Counted from the first letter of the stretch, positions 12,382-24,110 are shown. The stretch: DNA of 64,000 nucleotides from Octopus sinensis (GCF_006345805.1 NC_042997.1:189286001-189350000); one strand, 5' to 3'. The notes: generated by a model from the sequence alone, not told the origin. A program made the numbers and translations.

Positions 12382-12680
12382 AGTGCCAAAGATCCCGGCA
12401 ACGCCATCAGCCTGGGTTTCAAGGGCCCACAGCTTTTTAATATTCTCCCAAAGAGCCTGAGGAACCTGTACAAAGTAGATGTAAGCGTTTTTAAATCAAA
12501 TCTGGACCACTTCCTGTCGAGAGTCCCAGATGAATCTACATCACGGCAAGAGGTGCAAATGAGGGTAGCTATATGAAACTCACCAAGTGCCACATATTGG
12601 AGGAGGCTCTCAGTAATAACAGTGTAGCAAAATGGCGGTGCATCAGCATGGCCGCAGCTCTGAGCTGAAACTACAGAATA
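12382..12680 (+). mobile_element. CR1/L2-group LINE 3' fragment (ORF2 C-terminus + 3' UTR)
   Basis: 12382-12576 translates as ...SLGFKGPQLFNILPKSLRNLYKVDVSVFKSNLDHFLSRVPDES..., the LFNxLP...FKxxLDxFLxxVPD pattern of CR1/L2-group ORF2 ends. It ends in (TA)n. Confidence 0.75.
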
Positions 12681-13379
12681 TATATATATATATATATATA
12701 TATAATACACTTTATTACGTTCTGATTTGCGTGGTATCGCACGGTCCAACGAAAAATTGTCTCGTATGAAACCGGTCCGTTGTGTAAAATAGTTTGGGGA
12801 TCGCTCCTCTATGCAGAGTCTAAACGATCTTAGAAAACGCTGGGATGTTGCGATAGAATTTAGAATTTCTTTCCCAATATCAGCTCTGACCCTACCATCC
12901 ACGGTCTTCAATTATTATCACTAAAGGCAAGAATATGAGATGCAATTTGGTTTAACCATGTTGTTCACGATACGTAAGTCGATATCCCATTGTTTAAACC
13001 GATGCTACGATTAGTTCTCTTCTCTTTCATCTACCACGAATCAATAATAGAAATATTATTACTGACGCCACCTTTCATTGCTTGGTTCGATAAAAAAATA
13101 CGTCGATTTATAATAGTAGAAACGGTAAAGAATTGCACAAAGTGCCTTTGCCATGAATAGTATCGTCCTTCTTACTTTTACTTTTTCGATTGAAATTGAA
13201 TCGGGAGTGTCAGAGACGGTGAAGCAGAGGTGGTTGGTGCGTGGTTTGGTGGGGCCATGGTTGCTATTCATTACTATCAAGAAGGAGGTCGATGAGAAAA
13301 CATGCATCGGTCAATATACGTAGTTTTTTTTTGTGTACACACTCCTACAACTGTATGACCCAGTACTGATGTAAAGCAT

Positions 13380-13750
13380 TGTCATTGTCATCATCATCGT
13401 CGTCGACGACGACGACGACGACGACCACCACCACCACCACCACACCTCCTCCTCCTCTTCATCCGCCTCCTCCGCCTCTTCCACCAAAACAACCACCACC
13501 ACCACCACCACCACCACCACCACCACCACACTTCCACCACACCTCTACCACCATGAAAAAAAGAAGAAAATAGGAATGATAAAAAGAAGAGGACGACGAC
13601 GAGTTGGAGGTGGAGTAAGAGAAGAAAAGAGAGAATAATAAAGATATATAGGTGGAGTAGAAGAAGGGAAAGATGAGGATGAGTATGAGCATGAAGAAGA
13701 AGAAAAAGAAGAGGAGGAGGAGGAGGAGGAAGAAGAAGAAGAAAGAAAGA

Positions 13751-13784
<34 letters not shown>

Positions 13785-13940
13785 GGAAGAAGAAGAAGAG
13801 GAGGAAGAAGAAGAAAGAAAAAAGAAGAGGAGAAGAAGAAAGAAAAAAGAAGAGGAAGAAGAAGAAAAAAGAAGAGGATGAGCGTGAAGAAGAAGAAGAA
13901 GAAGAAGAAGAAGAAGAAGAAGAAGAAGAAGAAGAAGAAG

Positions 13941-13972
<32 letters not shown>

Positions 13973-13980
13973 GAAGTGAC
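13380..13980. repeat. Compound trinucleotide tract (GAC, CAC, CTC, GAG, GAA)n
   Basis: Directly visible; includes a pure (GAA)n run at ~13887-13968. Confidence 0.95.
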
Positions 13981-14199
13981 GACGAGGAAAGAAGAAAAAT
14001 GTTAGCAGATTACGATCAGGAAGATGAGACCAAAAGAATGATGATAAGGTGATGTAGTCGACATCATCGAACATAAAAGGATGAAAGATGAAGTTGAACT
14101 CTGCTGGATTTGAACTCAAAACGTAAAGAGGCGAAACAAATATCACAATGCATTTTGATTCTAGCAGCCCGTCTTCATAGTATTAATAATCTTTTTTGC

Positions 14200-14620
14200 T
14201 AATGGCACAAGGCCTGAAATTTAAGGGGAAGGGGCTTAGTTAATTGAATCAACCCAAGTGCACAACTTGTGCTTATTTCATTAATCCCGAAAGAATGAAA
14301 GGCAAAGTCGACCTCGGGGGAATTTGAACTCAGAAGAAGGTAAAGACGGACGAAATGCCGCTCAGCATTTTGTCCGGCGTGCTAATAATTCTGCAAGCTC
14401 ACCAGTAATGATAATAACAATGGTTTCAAATTTTGCCACAAGAGCAGCAATTTTGGGGGAGTAGATGAGTCGATAACATCGACCCCAGTGTTCAACTGGT
14501 ACTTATTTTATCGACCCCGAAAGGATCAAAGGCAAGGTCGACCTCGGCGAACTTTGAACTCAGAATGTGAAGACGGACGAAATACTGTTAAGCATTTTGC
14601 CTGGCGTGCTAACGATTCTG
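14200..14620 (-). mobile_element. Two adjacent SINE family B copies
   Basis: AAAGGCAAAGTCGACCTCGG...GAATTTGAACTCAGAA blocks at ~14300 and ~14530. Confidence 0.8.
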
Positions 14621-14661
14621 AAAACTCACCAATAATAATAATAATAACAATAATAATAAAT

Positions 14662-14962
14662 TCACCTCTGGAAACATGGGTGGTTCTTTCAACATCCTTA
14701 AACAACCCTTATTCAGGGACCTTGTGAGCGGGATGGGCTACTCAACCTGAAGAAAATTCTAACTGGGCCCCACCTGCAAGGTCATGTGCTGTTTGTCTTG
14801 ATATGAGATCACCATGTCGCGCACATATGGTTGTGATGCATGTGCCTGGTGTACCCTTATCAGACGGGTAGTCATGATGGGTATATTGGGCTTCGTATAT
14901 TTTACCCCAGTGTCACTTTGATGGCATGCACTGCTCTCTCACTCAATAATAATAATAATAAT
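14662..14962 (+). mobile_element. Retroelement 3' end flanked by (TAA)n on both sides (Dong/R4-like, tentative)
   Basis: A ~290 bp more GC-rich segment ending CTCTCACTC(AAT)n, with (AAT)n also upstream. The clade call is inference only. Confidence 0.45.
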
Positions 14963-15170
14963 CCTTGCTACCAAAGGCACGATGAAGGCCTGAAATTTTG
15001 GGGGAGGAGGCTAATCAATTACATCGACCCCACTGTTTGACTGGTACTTATTTTATCGAACCCGAAAGGATGAAAGGCAAAGTCGACCTCGGCAGAATTT
15101 GAGCTGATAACGTAAAGAGACAAATTAAATGCCATAATGCATTCTGATTCGAACGATCTTAGCAGCTCGT
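14963..15170 (-). mobile_element. SINE family B copy
   Basis: Core GAAAGGATGAAAGGCAAAGTCGACCTCGGC present. Confidence 0.75.
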
Positions 15171-15189
15171 TTTAATAATTAATAATAAC

Positions 15190-15221
<32 letters not shown>

Positions 15222-15232
15222 ATGAATGAATG

Positions 15233-15563
15233 ACCCCCTTCGGTCAGACACTGACCATGGGTTTGCACCTAGAGAGTTACCCTCTGAGGCACAAGTCTGG
15301 GCAAGGTTGTTTTATGGAAGACCAGCAGTCGCCCATGCATACCAGCCTCCCCTCTCCACGTCACCGATGTTGTCCAAGGGAAAGACAAGGGCCGATACAG
15401 CTTGGCACCTGTGACGTCGCAACTCATTTCTACAGCTGAGTGAACTGGAGCAACATGAAATAAAGTGTCTTGCTCAAGAACACAACACGCAGCCCGGTCC
15501 GGGATTCGAACTCACAACCTCACGATCGTAAGCTCGACGCTCTAACCACTGAGCCACGCGCCT
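15233..15563 (-). mobile_element. tRNA-headed SINE, family C
   Basis: Minus strand AGGCGCGTGGCTCAGTGGTTAGAGC (A box), GAGTTCGAATCC (B box), TTCTTGAGCAAGACACTT block; homologues at 47138-47392, 57328-57612 and 59428-59602. Confidence 0.9.
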
Positions 15564-15575
15564 ATAATAATAATA

Positions 15576-15624
<49 letters not shown>

Positions 15625-15665
15625 ATGAAGAAGGAGAAGAAGAAGAAACGAAAGGAGCAGCTTAC

Positions 15666-15875
15666 ATACCATCTCACCAATTCTCCAATTTCGAAGAACT
15701 GGTGATAAAAGTAGAATGAAGTAATATGGCCAGTCGGTACTTTAGATGAAGGCGTGTGGAAGTAGACATTCGTGATAACATCAGAGGCAGTGTTTGGCTG
15801 CCACAAATGGTACATAGTCTGCAAGTGCAGCGGATGGAACATTGTGAAGTTCATACGGAAGGAAGGGGGTGTTGT
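15666..15875 (-). CDS. Candidate internal coding exon, unassigned (TTPPSFRMNFTMFHPLHLQTMYHLWQPNTASDVITNVYFHTPSSKVPTGHITSFYFYHQFFEIGELVRWY)
   Basis: Acceptor TTTTTTCTATATTCAG|, one fully open frame with stops in the other two, non-repetitive composition, and three possible donors (GTGAGA at 15677, GTATGT at 15669, GTAAGC at 15665). Confidence 0.55.
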
Positions 15876-16155
15876 CTGAATATAGAAAAAATACTTGTAT
15901 CTCAGCGTCTCTTTCTCTTTTTCCTTAATTAAGTATGTCTAAATCTGTCCTTCTCTTTTATTCGTGCGTGTCTCTCTGAATCTACGTAGCCGTTGCTTTC
16001 ACACATTGTGTCTACTTACAGACACTTAGTGAGAGACGGCGAAATGGTTTCCACGAAGCTACAAACATACGTACAATAAATATTTGTTGTATATTTCCAT
16101 TCACAAACATACATACGCAACGCAGACATACACCCACACACTACATGTATCATGC

Positions 16156-16187
<32 letters not shown>

Positions 16188-16271
16188 GCATACAGAAACA
16201 CACAGTTATATATAGTTAAAGATACAGCATGAAGTATATATATATATATATAATATATATATATATAATAT

Positions 16272-16309
<38 letters not shown>

Positions 16310-16744
16310 ATTGACCCGATATTTAACAGTGCCCAATTACCGTGCCTTTAAGAAGGAATTGTCAGCGTAACCCAGTTGGCAAGGCACCAGACTTGAAAAG
16401 TGGGAGCTATTCACATCATTATTTGCTTTTGAAAGTTGACTCCATTCATATGTATTCTATCTGTGGGCTGAACACTTTTTTTTAAATATTTGAAACCTGT
16501 TCATAGATTGCAAACTTTCACAAGTATTATAAATATAGGGGAATGCAACATGAGGTTATGAACTACTGATATGAGCTTATAAATATTTCCAAAATATCTG
16601 TTATTTTAGATAAGATTCCCACAGCAGCTGAGGCAATCAAACCTCTAGTTAACATAGTCTTACTAAAAGTGACTTAGTTTACTCTAAAACAACACATAAA
16701 TTAATATAGCGCAGCTTATTCAATCTGAATTTGAAATAATATGC

Positions 16745-16925
16745 TTTTTTATTCAAAACCGGTGCTGGTTTGTTTACGTTCCAGTAACTTGGTGGTTCGG
16801 CAAAATGACTGATTGAATAATTACTAAATGAAAATAAGTACTGGGTTTGATTTGTTCGACTAACCCTACAAGTCAGTGTTCCAGCATGAGTACTGTTAAT
16901 GACTGAAGCAAGTAAAAGAGTAACC
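16745..16925 (+). mobile_element. SINE family A, diverged 3' half
   Basis: CCGGTGCTGGTTTGTTTACGTTCCAGTAACTT...GACTGAAGCAAGTAAAAGAG matches the family A 3' part. Confidence 0.65.
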
Positions 16926-17787
16926 TTGAGTATATAAATACTATATACATAGAAAAAGCGAAAATAATTCCCACACTTAGCATATATACTTTGCGAGCCA
17001 AAATTAATGTTGTCCATTCATAAATTATACGAGTATATTCCTCTCTTGTGCAACGCCTATCTTAAATAAACTTAAGCAATGTCAGATACCGTTGCATTGA
17101 ATAAAAATTCCGTATGAAGATAACCATACTGTAACAGCTGTTAATTTCCATCGGAGTACAGATAAGGAGAAAAGATCAGGTTTACCAGCTATCTGTTTAA
17201 TGCGAAAATAAATGAGGATGTTTGGTCTGAAAAGAAATGAGGAAGTCTGATGTATTCCTTTATACGTGTGTAACTCAAATAAAAATATAGCTTAGACGAT
17301 TATACTACAAAATCCAACATCGTTGTAGTATACTCATCTAAGCTATTTTCTTTTTATTAGCGTTATTTTTTATCAATGATACCATGTATTTTGGTTGGTA
17401 TTGAATTTTGAAATATTGCTCTAATTAGTTCTGCTAAAACTATACATATGTTGTAAACTTCCGTTGTAGCCAATGTAAATTGTTATAAATATCTCTAAAT
17501 ATTAACGTGCTTTAGATGATAAGGTATCGAATAAAAAATGCTTAGAATCACGTACAGCTGTGACTGCTAAGATATACTGCTGTGATCAAATTATCAACAT
17601 AGAATCAACTGTAAACTATTCGTTTACAACTGACAATGATAGAATGCAAAGTAGTGATGACTGGTGCTTATAGCAAAGTTAATATTTCCCACCAGGAATT
17701 TTATTTCATAACATTAATGTTATATCCAAAAGCAAGACAATATGATGATATTTGTCATACTGTTCCTTATTTTGATTAAGAAATTTT

Positions 17788-18192
17788 GGATCTTTTCTAG
17801 CGGTGTCATATGAAATTGTCACCCATAATTATGACCCTAGAATCTATTGCATTTCAATCTCTTTTAGGGTTAGGGTTAGTTAGGGTTAGAGTTAGGGTTA
17901 GGGGTGTGGGAAGGGTATCTTTTTTTTTTCACAAATGTAAATAAACCTAATCTGTTTCTTAAACGAGGGACACATTCATACGGCACAGAACGCTTTTTAA
18001 CTCAAATACGTCAGTGATTGGTTGAAATTGCAGAAATTGAAGAAAAAAACAACAAATATCTTACAAACTATAGAATTTTCTCAATAAAGCCAAGAGAAAA
18101 AGATGTTTTATAAACACATTCTACCAGTATACGAAGTTTAAAATTTTTTAGTTACCTAGAAATTATGTTAAAAACTGCCGTTCAAACCGAAA
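17788..18192. mobile_element. GGATC-TIR MITE copy with TTAGGG-like repeats
   Basis: Colinear with 20763-21182; the left TIR is internally deleted. Confidence 0.8.
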
Positions 18193-18450
18193 TTTTCTCT
18201 GTTCTTGTGTGTTTTATCTACTGAAACAAACCATGAAGTCAAAATGTATTTACTACTATGTTCGAATAAAATGATTTTGCCTGCTAAATTCTCATCAATT
18301 TAGCACCCCAAAGTCAGTTTCCTAAACCAACCGTAAGCACATAGCAATACTGTTTTCAATAGACAGATAACTTGAAGTAATGGTCGGCCGTTGGATTCCT
18401 TGTGAGAAGCTCTTTCACCCTTTGTTAAGTTTTATATTTCTTACTCTGTA

Positions 18451-18691
18451 TCAGTGGTTCTCAGCTGGGGTCCATATAAAATTTTGTTGTTTAAAAACTA
18501 TGTGCAATAAATTGGTCATACTTCTACAATGCATAAAATATTTTAACAACTTTTTTTTTTTTACAATTCCTAATAATATTTTAATGTAAAATTATAATTG
18601 GATTTTAAAACATCAATTGGTTATGAGGATCTACTCGAGTAAAATAGGCATCAAAGGGGTCCATAGGCAAAAAATAACTGAGAAATCACTG
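18451..18691. mobile_element. hAT (Charlie-type) non-autonomous DNA transposon
   Basis: TIRs CAGTGGTTCTCAG / CTGAGAAATCACTG; 8-bp flanks CTCTGTAT and CTCTAAAT (6/8 match), resembling the NTCTAGAN target of Charlie elements. Confidence 0.75.
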
Positions 18692-18833
18692 CTCTAAATT
18701 AATACTCAAAACTGTTAAAACCTAAACAAAGAGAAGCTTAGGTGTGTAGATTCAGAAATATTGGTTCCAAATTTTGGCACAAAGACAGCAATATCGGGTG
18801 TGTGTGGGGTGGGGTGGGATTGGGGGTAAGTCG

Positions 18834-18889
<56 letters not shown>

Positions 18890-18947
18890 TATATATATAC
18901 GTATATGTGCATACTTACATCTATACGCATATATACATGCATATGTG

Positions 18948-19315
18948 GGCACAGGACGTCATGAAACGTGTACAACAAGATATACGAAGTACGAGTACAT
19001 GGAATATGAACTACTTTTTCGAACAACGAAAGACACAAATGGAAAACAAGACAAACAACATAAAGAACGACCCTTCATCAGTTATTTGCTGTTTTTCTAC
19101 TCTCGTATTTCGAGCATTTAACAACAATGTTTCGATAAAACAGTTGCTCCCGCAAAGCAAATTAAATAAAATTTGGGATTTTGCGGAGGCTCAAAATTGG
19201 TAACACAAACAAGACAGTGAAAACAAACAGGAAGGGCTGCTAAACCTAAACGAGGTTGTGGTGGCGAACGCGTAAATCAAGCTTGGGCAGGAGACAGACA
19301 AGAACACGTTTTCAT
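18948..19315 (-). mobile_element. Family P2 copy (degenerate hammerhead core at 19070-19135)
   Basis: Homologous to 6599-6910. CUGAUGA-A-GGGU / GCUC-GAAA and helix I UUGUU/AAUAA are retained; the cleavage triplet region is altered. Confidence 0.7.
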
Positions 19316-20762
19316 TGCGCACACACATGCATATTAAAGCTCTGGACCAGGTAAATGATCTTCCAAGTAAAACCTGGAATATTCACGTTAATGTCTCATC
19401 GCTCGTTTTGTATACCTATCAGCTTGTATATAAGTATATTTGTGTATGTGTGTATGTGTGTGTGTGTGTGTGTGTGTCTGTGGTTCAGAGATGTGTGCTC
19501 TTTTGTGAATAGGTGGAGAAAGAAAACGTTCAAGTTGTTCATTTCCTTATGCGACATCACGATAGAAATATAAATAAATAGAAATATATAGAAAAATGAA
19601 AGATATGCTTAATATAGATTACAGGCTAGCATGTTGATTTTAGCAGTCTATTCCCTGTACACTACTACGTTCAAAGTCCTCGACTGTCGATATATGTAAG
19701 GAATAGGGGCTTCTGCCAGACTCTATTATTCATGAGTTTTAATGTGTTTGATATGGTCGTTGAGATAAGGTGAAATATACTAGGTGAGATGGAGGTTTTG
19801 TCCACAAACATAAATGTAGAATAGGCAGACAACCTAGGATGGATACCCTTTTAAATTATTAAGAAGGCAAAAAATGGGGGTACGAGTTGAAGGGAACAGT
19901 AGTAGAGAATGAGTAAATAATATTTTGAAAAAATTAATGAGGATGAGATGTGCTAGAAAAAAAAGAGAGGAAAAAGGCAGAAGGAGAGAAAGAGAGGAAA
20001 GATAGACAGATAGAGGGATAGATAGAAAGAGAGAGAGAGAGATGTGGTTGAGGGAGTGAAAAGTAGTTGTGTAATATTGAATAAAGAACGAGTAGAATAG
20101 AAGCTGTTTCGTTTGTAACAAGAGATTGTCCTTTGTTGATTCAAGGAGTGTAGAAAACGATCAATTTATTCTCTGATACAATGCTTCTACGATAATTAGA
20201 AGTTTTCTGTTGTTTTACTTCTTGGTCTTGCAAATGAGCTGATCTCAAGGTCTATCCACTTGTTATTTAGACTTGTAATAAAGAATGAGTGAAGACTTCT
20301 TTTATTTTTTTAACTGAAAATTACAGTTGTATTTAAAATAGCAGCGAAACTACTATTGCTATCCTTGCATTACACCTTTTTTTCTTATTTTTCATTATTT
20401 ATATGTATATAATCCACCTTTTCTTTTTAGTATCGACTCCAGCCTATAACTTTGCATAAATGTTTGTTCAGAAGCTGGCTGATATCGGACGACGTCTCAT
20501 AATTCACAAATATCTGAACGGTAGGATTATTAAACTATGAAATAAGAACCAAGTCTCCTTATTTCTCCGATCAATTATATAATTTTCTGAAGTAACAACT
20601 AGCAATTAATGTGGACTCATGACGACGATAAAATAAAATAAAAAATCAACTGCGCAATTGTAGGTATGATCTATTTGTAGATATGCTTGGTTCTGAAATG
20701 AAATCAGAGTATATACAATACATAAAACACAGTTGTATTTTATCCTGTCTGGTAATCGTTTA

Positions 20763-21182
20763 GGATCTTTTAGGTTTGAACGGCAGTTTTTTCTAGCGGT
20801 GTCATATGAAAATGTCACCCATAATTATGACCCCAGTATCGATCTATTGCATTTCAATCTGTTTTAGGGTTAGGGTTAGTTAGGGCTGGGGGGAAGGGTA
20901 TCTTTTTTTCTTTACAAATGTACATAAACCCAATCTGTTTCTTAAACAAGGGACATATTCATACGGCACATAATGTTTTTACCTCAATAGACGTCATTGA
21001 TTGGTTGAAATTGCAGAAATTGAAGAAAAACAACAACACATATCTTACAAATAATAGAATTTTCTCAATAAAGCCAAGAGAAAAAGATGTTTTATAAACA
21101 CATTCTACCAGTATACAAAGTTTAAAATTTTTTAGTTACCTAGAAATTATGTTAAAAACTGCCGTTCAAACCGAAAAGATCC
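20763..21182. mobile_element. GGATC-TIR MITE, complete copy
   Basis: 29-bp TIRs GGATCTTTTAGGTTTGAACGGCAGTTTTT / AAAAACTGCCGTTCAAACCGAAAAGATCC (28/29); internal TTAGGG repeats; no TSD evident. Confidence 0.85.
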
Positions 21183-22164
21183 GCTATTTTTTCGTAGTGT
21201 ATTCTTTAAACTCCTCTACGAATATATGACTTGCTTCATTCTCGTCCCGCTCTCTGCCATCGAAATGTAGCTGAAGTTTTAAGACATTTCAACCAACACA
21301 AAAAAATTTACAAACACAATGACAATAATATCTTTCTCAATTGTAATTATTTTGTTAGTTTGCATTTTCTAATTTTTCTAATAATTATAGTTATATTATT
21401 TAATTATATATTTTACAACAATTCAGTTATAAAAAATCATTTTTATACACACATATATATATAAGCGGATTGGAACGACGTGAAATGAAGTGTTTTGCTC
21501 AAGAACACACCGTAACGCTGGTCTTGGAATCGAAACCAGAATCTTGCTATCGTGAAGGCAACAGCCTAGCCACTAGGCTATATATATATATAATCTGTGT
21601 GTGTATGTGAAATATTTCAATGAATGCTGTTCTTGTACATAGGAAAAAATATCGAGAACTGTGGGAGGTATACAAGCGGTAGGTGGTTCTTTCAGCATTG
21701 AACCTTGAAGAAATAATGAACTGTGTTTTTACAAAACTAATTTTTCTTTCGAGTGTAGAATATTTTGTTATGGAGTTGGGAGGAATAAAGTTATGAGAAG
21801 ATTCTATTGTATGCATTTAATAAGATGTTTGGTGTAGTGGTGTTTGGCGGTTTCAGCGTTCCGATAATTGATCATTATGCGCTTTTTATACGTGAAGTAT
21901 TGCCCAGTGATAATGAGTATTATATACTCCGAAGAAAATTTACCTTCGCTGCAGCTGATCCCCGGAAACAGTTTGTATAAATGTTTGACTTTGAGAGGAG
22001 TGTAAGTAGTCTTTATCATTGGTTTCAAATTTTGGTACTAGGCCCTTTAATATTAATAATTTAATATTAATAATAATATTATTAATAGTAATTTAATATT
22101 ACTAATAATAATTTAATATTATTATTAATATCAATATTAATAATATTAATAATAATAATAATAT

Positions 22165-22748
22165 TTTCTACTATAGGCACAAGGCCTGAAATTTGTGGGG
22201 AGGAGACTGGTCGATTACGTCGACCCCAGTGCGTAACTGGTACTTATTTCATCGACCCCGAGAGGATGAAAGGCAAAGTCGACCTCGTAGGGATTTGAAC
22301 TCAGAACGTAAAGGCGGACGAAATACCTATTTCTATTTCTTTACGACCAACAAGAGGCTAAACACAGAGAGGACAAAGAAGGACAAACAAACGGATTAAG
22401 TCGATTATATCGACCCCAGTGCGTAACTGGTACTTATTTAATCGACCCCGAAAGGATGAAAGGCAAAGTCGACCTCGGCAGAATTTGAACTCAGAACGTA
22501 ACGGCAGACGAAATACCTATTTCTTTACTACCCATAGGGGGCTAAACACAGAGGGGACAAACAAGGACAGACAAGCGGATTAAGTCGATTATATCGACCC
22601 CAGTGCGTAACTGGTACTTAATTTATCGACCCCGAAAGGATGAAAGGCAAAGTCGACCTCGGCGGAACTTAAACTCAGAACGTAACGGCAGACAAAATAC
22701 GGCTACGCATTTCGCTCGGCGTGCTAATGTTTCTGCCAGCTCGCCGTC
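22165..22748 (-). mobile_element. SINE family B, three head-to-tail units
   Basis: The ~170-bp core is repeated three times; single head (GGCGAGCTGGCAGAA) at ~22745. Confidence 0.9.
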
Positions 22749-23756
22749 TTATAACAGGTCTTTCGAATTAACTCTGGGGTCGATGTGATCGACTTAACCA
22801 CTTCACTGATATTGCTGGCCTTGTGCCCAAATTTGAAGCCAATTGTTTATGTAGAATATAATTGGCAAAGAAAATTTATGCTATTAATCTAATTATTATT
22901 GCTACAAAACTTATTTCTAACCTTCGTGTTGCATTATGTCAATAGGCAAAATATTTATAGCTATTAACACGGCAATTTTCTGGACTACTTATTACACGTT
23001 TAGTGTTACAATTAACAATATATCTATAATTGTCATAATTTATCAAATCTTGAATATATTCTAAGTTCAAATTCCGCCGAAGTCGGCTTTGCCTTTCATC
23101 CTTTCGGGGTCGATAAAATAAGTATCATTTGATGTAATCGACTAGTCCCTGTTGTTGTTGTTATGATTAAAGTTTTGTCAGTCAACATTCTGTGGGTATG
23201 CTAAGGTTGTTCCTTGTTTTTTTTTTCTAAATTTATTTTATACGTGCTATGTCTATCGTGGTTAAAAAATTTCAATGCTTTTATTTTATCACATATTATA
23301 TATGGGGATTTCGTAGAGTTGTTACAGTTTAGGATCGAATAACTTTTGCTATCCATTCCGGTACCCTACGCTCTGATTCCAAATCCCGTCGAGGTTAGCT
23401 TTGTCTCTCATTTTTTTCCAGAACGATAAATATAGTCTCACCCTAGTACAAATATCGGTTTCCTCTTCCCCCACTTCCTTCCCTTTTCTGGAAGAAATCG
23501 GCTGTGTTCAGACCTGTAGTGGGATAAGCTCCGCCATGTTTAAAATACTCAAGACTCAAGGATTAAATAACAACAGCAGTGCACAAGCATATCAATAAAG
23601 ATTTGTAGACAATGAGCATTCATTTGTTCGATCAACTGTACTTCCTGAATTAATTAATTGAATTAACGTGTAAGAGGTTGGGCATTCCACAGACAGTTGA
23701 ATTCCTACCATAATTCTCAAGCGGAATCACTAGGACACAGTGTGTCAATGCTAGAC

Positions 23757-24110
23757 AGTGGTTAGGGCAGCGGACTCGCGGTTTCGATTCCCAGACCGGG
23801 CGCTGTGAGTGTTTATTGAGCGAAAACACCTAAAGCTCCACGAGGCTCCGGCAGGGATGGTGGTGATCCCTGCTGTACTCTTTCACCACATCTTTCTCTC
23901 ACTCTTACTTCCTGTTTCTGTTGTACCTGTATTTCAAAGGGCCGGCCTTGTCACTCTCTTGTGTCACGCTGAATATCCCCGAGAACTACGTTAAGGGTAC
24001 ACGTGTCTGTGGAGTGCTCAGCCACTTACACGTTAATTTCACGAGCAGACTGTTCCGTTGATCGGATCAACCGGAACCCTCGTCGTCGTAACCGACGGAG
24101 TGCTTCCAAT
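23757..24110 (+). mobile_element. SINE family D variant with an alternative 3' module
   Basis: The 5' ~150 bp matches 41358-41530; the 3' ~200 bp is unrelated to the other two family D copies. Confidence 0.75.

Noticed and set aside
12375-12911. 178-aa minus-strand ORF (MKTVDGRVRADIGKE...), whose TVDGR recalls FABP
   Set aside because: It runs through a (TA)n tract and the antisense of a LINE fragment, in-frame stops follow the nearby acceptor, and the residues after TVDGR do not fit FABP.
13059-13307. 82-aa ORF next to the trinucleotide tract as an exon
   Set aside because: Possible acceptors exist, but no phase or donor fits the neighbouring candidates and I recognise no motif.
13379-14146. 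Poly-E/K/P/F ORFs
   Set aside because: They are translations of a compound trinucleotide tract, open in several frames on both strands, with no unique coding flank.
15490-15563. tRNA genes at SINE heads (also 2950-3022, 41358-41430, 48150-48225)
   Set aside because: A and B boxes are present, but acceptor stems do not close and each continues into a multicopy SINE body.
15740-15860. Resemblance of FHPLHLQTMYHLWQPNT to the sialyltransferase HP...QENT region or to GT92 motifs
   Set aside because: Only a few residues match and the downstream motif (PSSG/STG plus C...V) does not align; too weak to call without a profile search.
22165-22748. CRISPR-like appearance of regularly repeated blocks (also 49665-50283 and 51541-51953)
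   Set aside because: The units are ~170-bp SINE cores repeated in full with no unique spacers; the context is eukaryotic and there are no cas genes.
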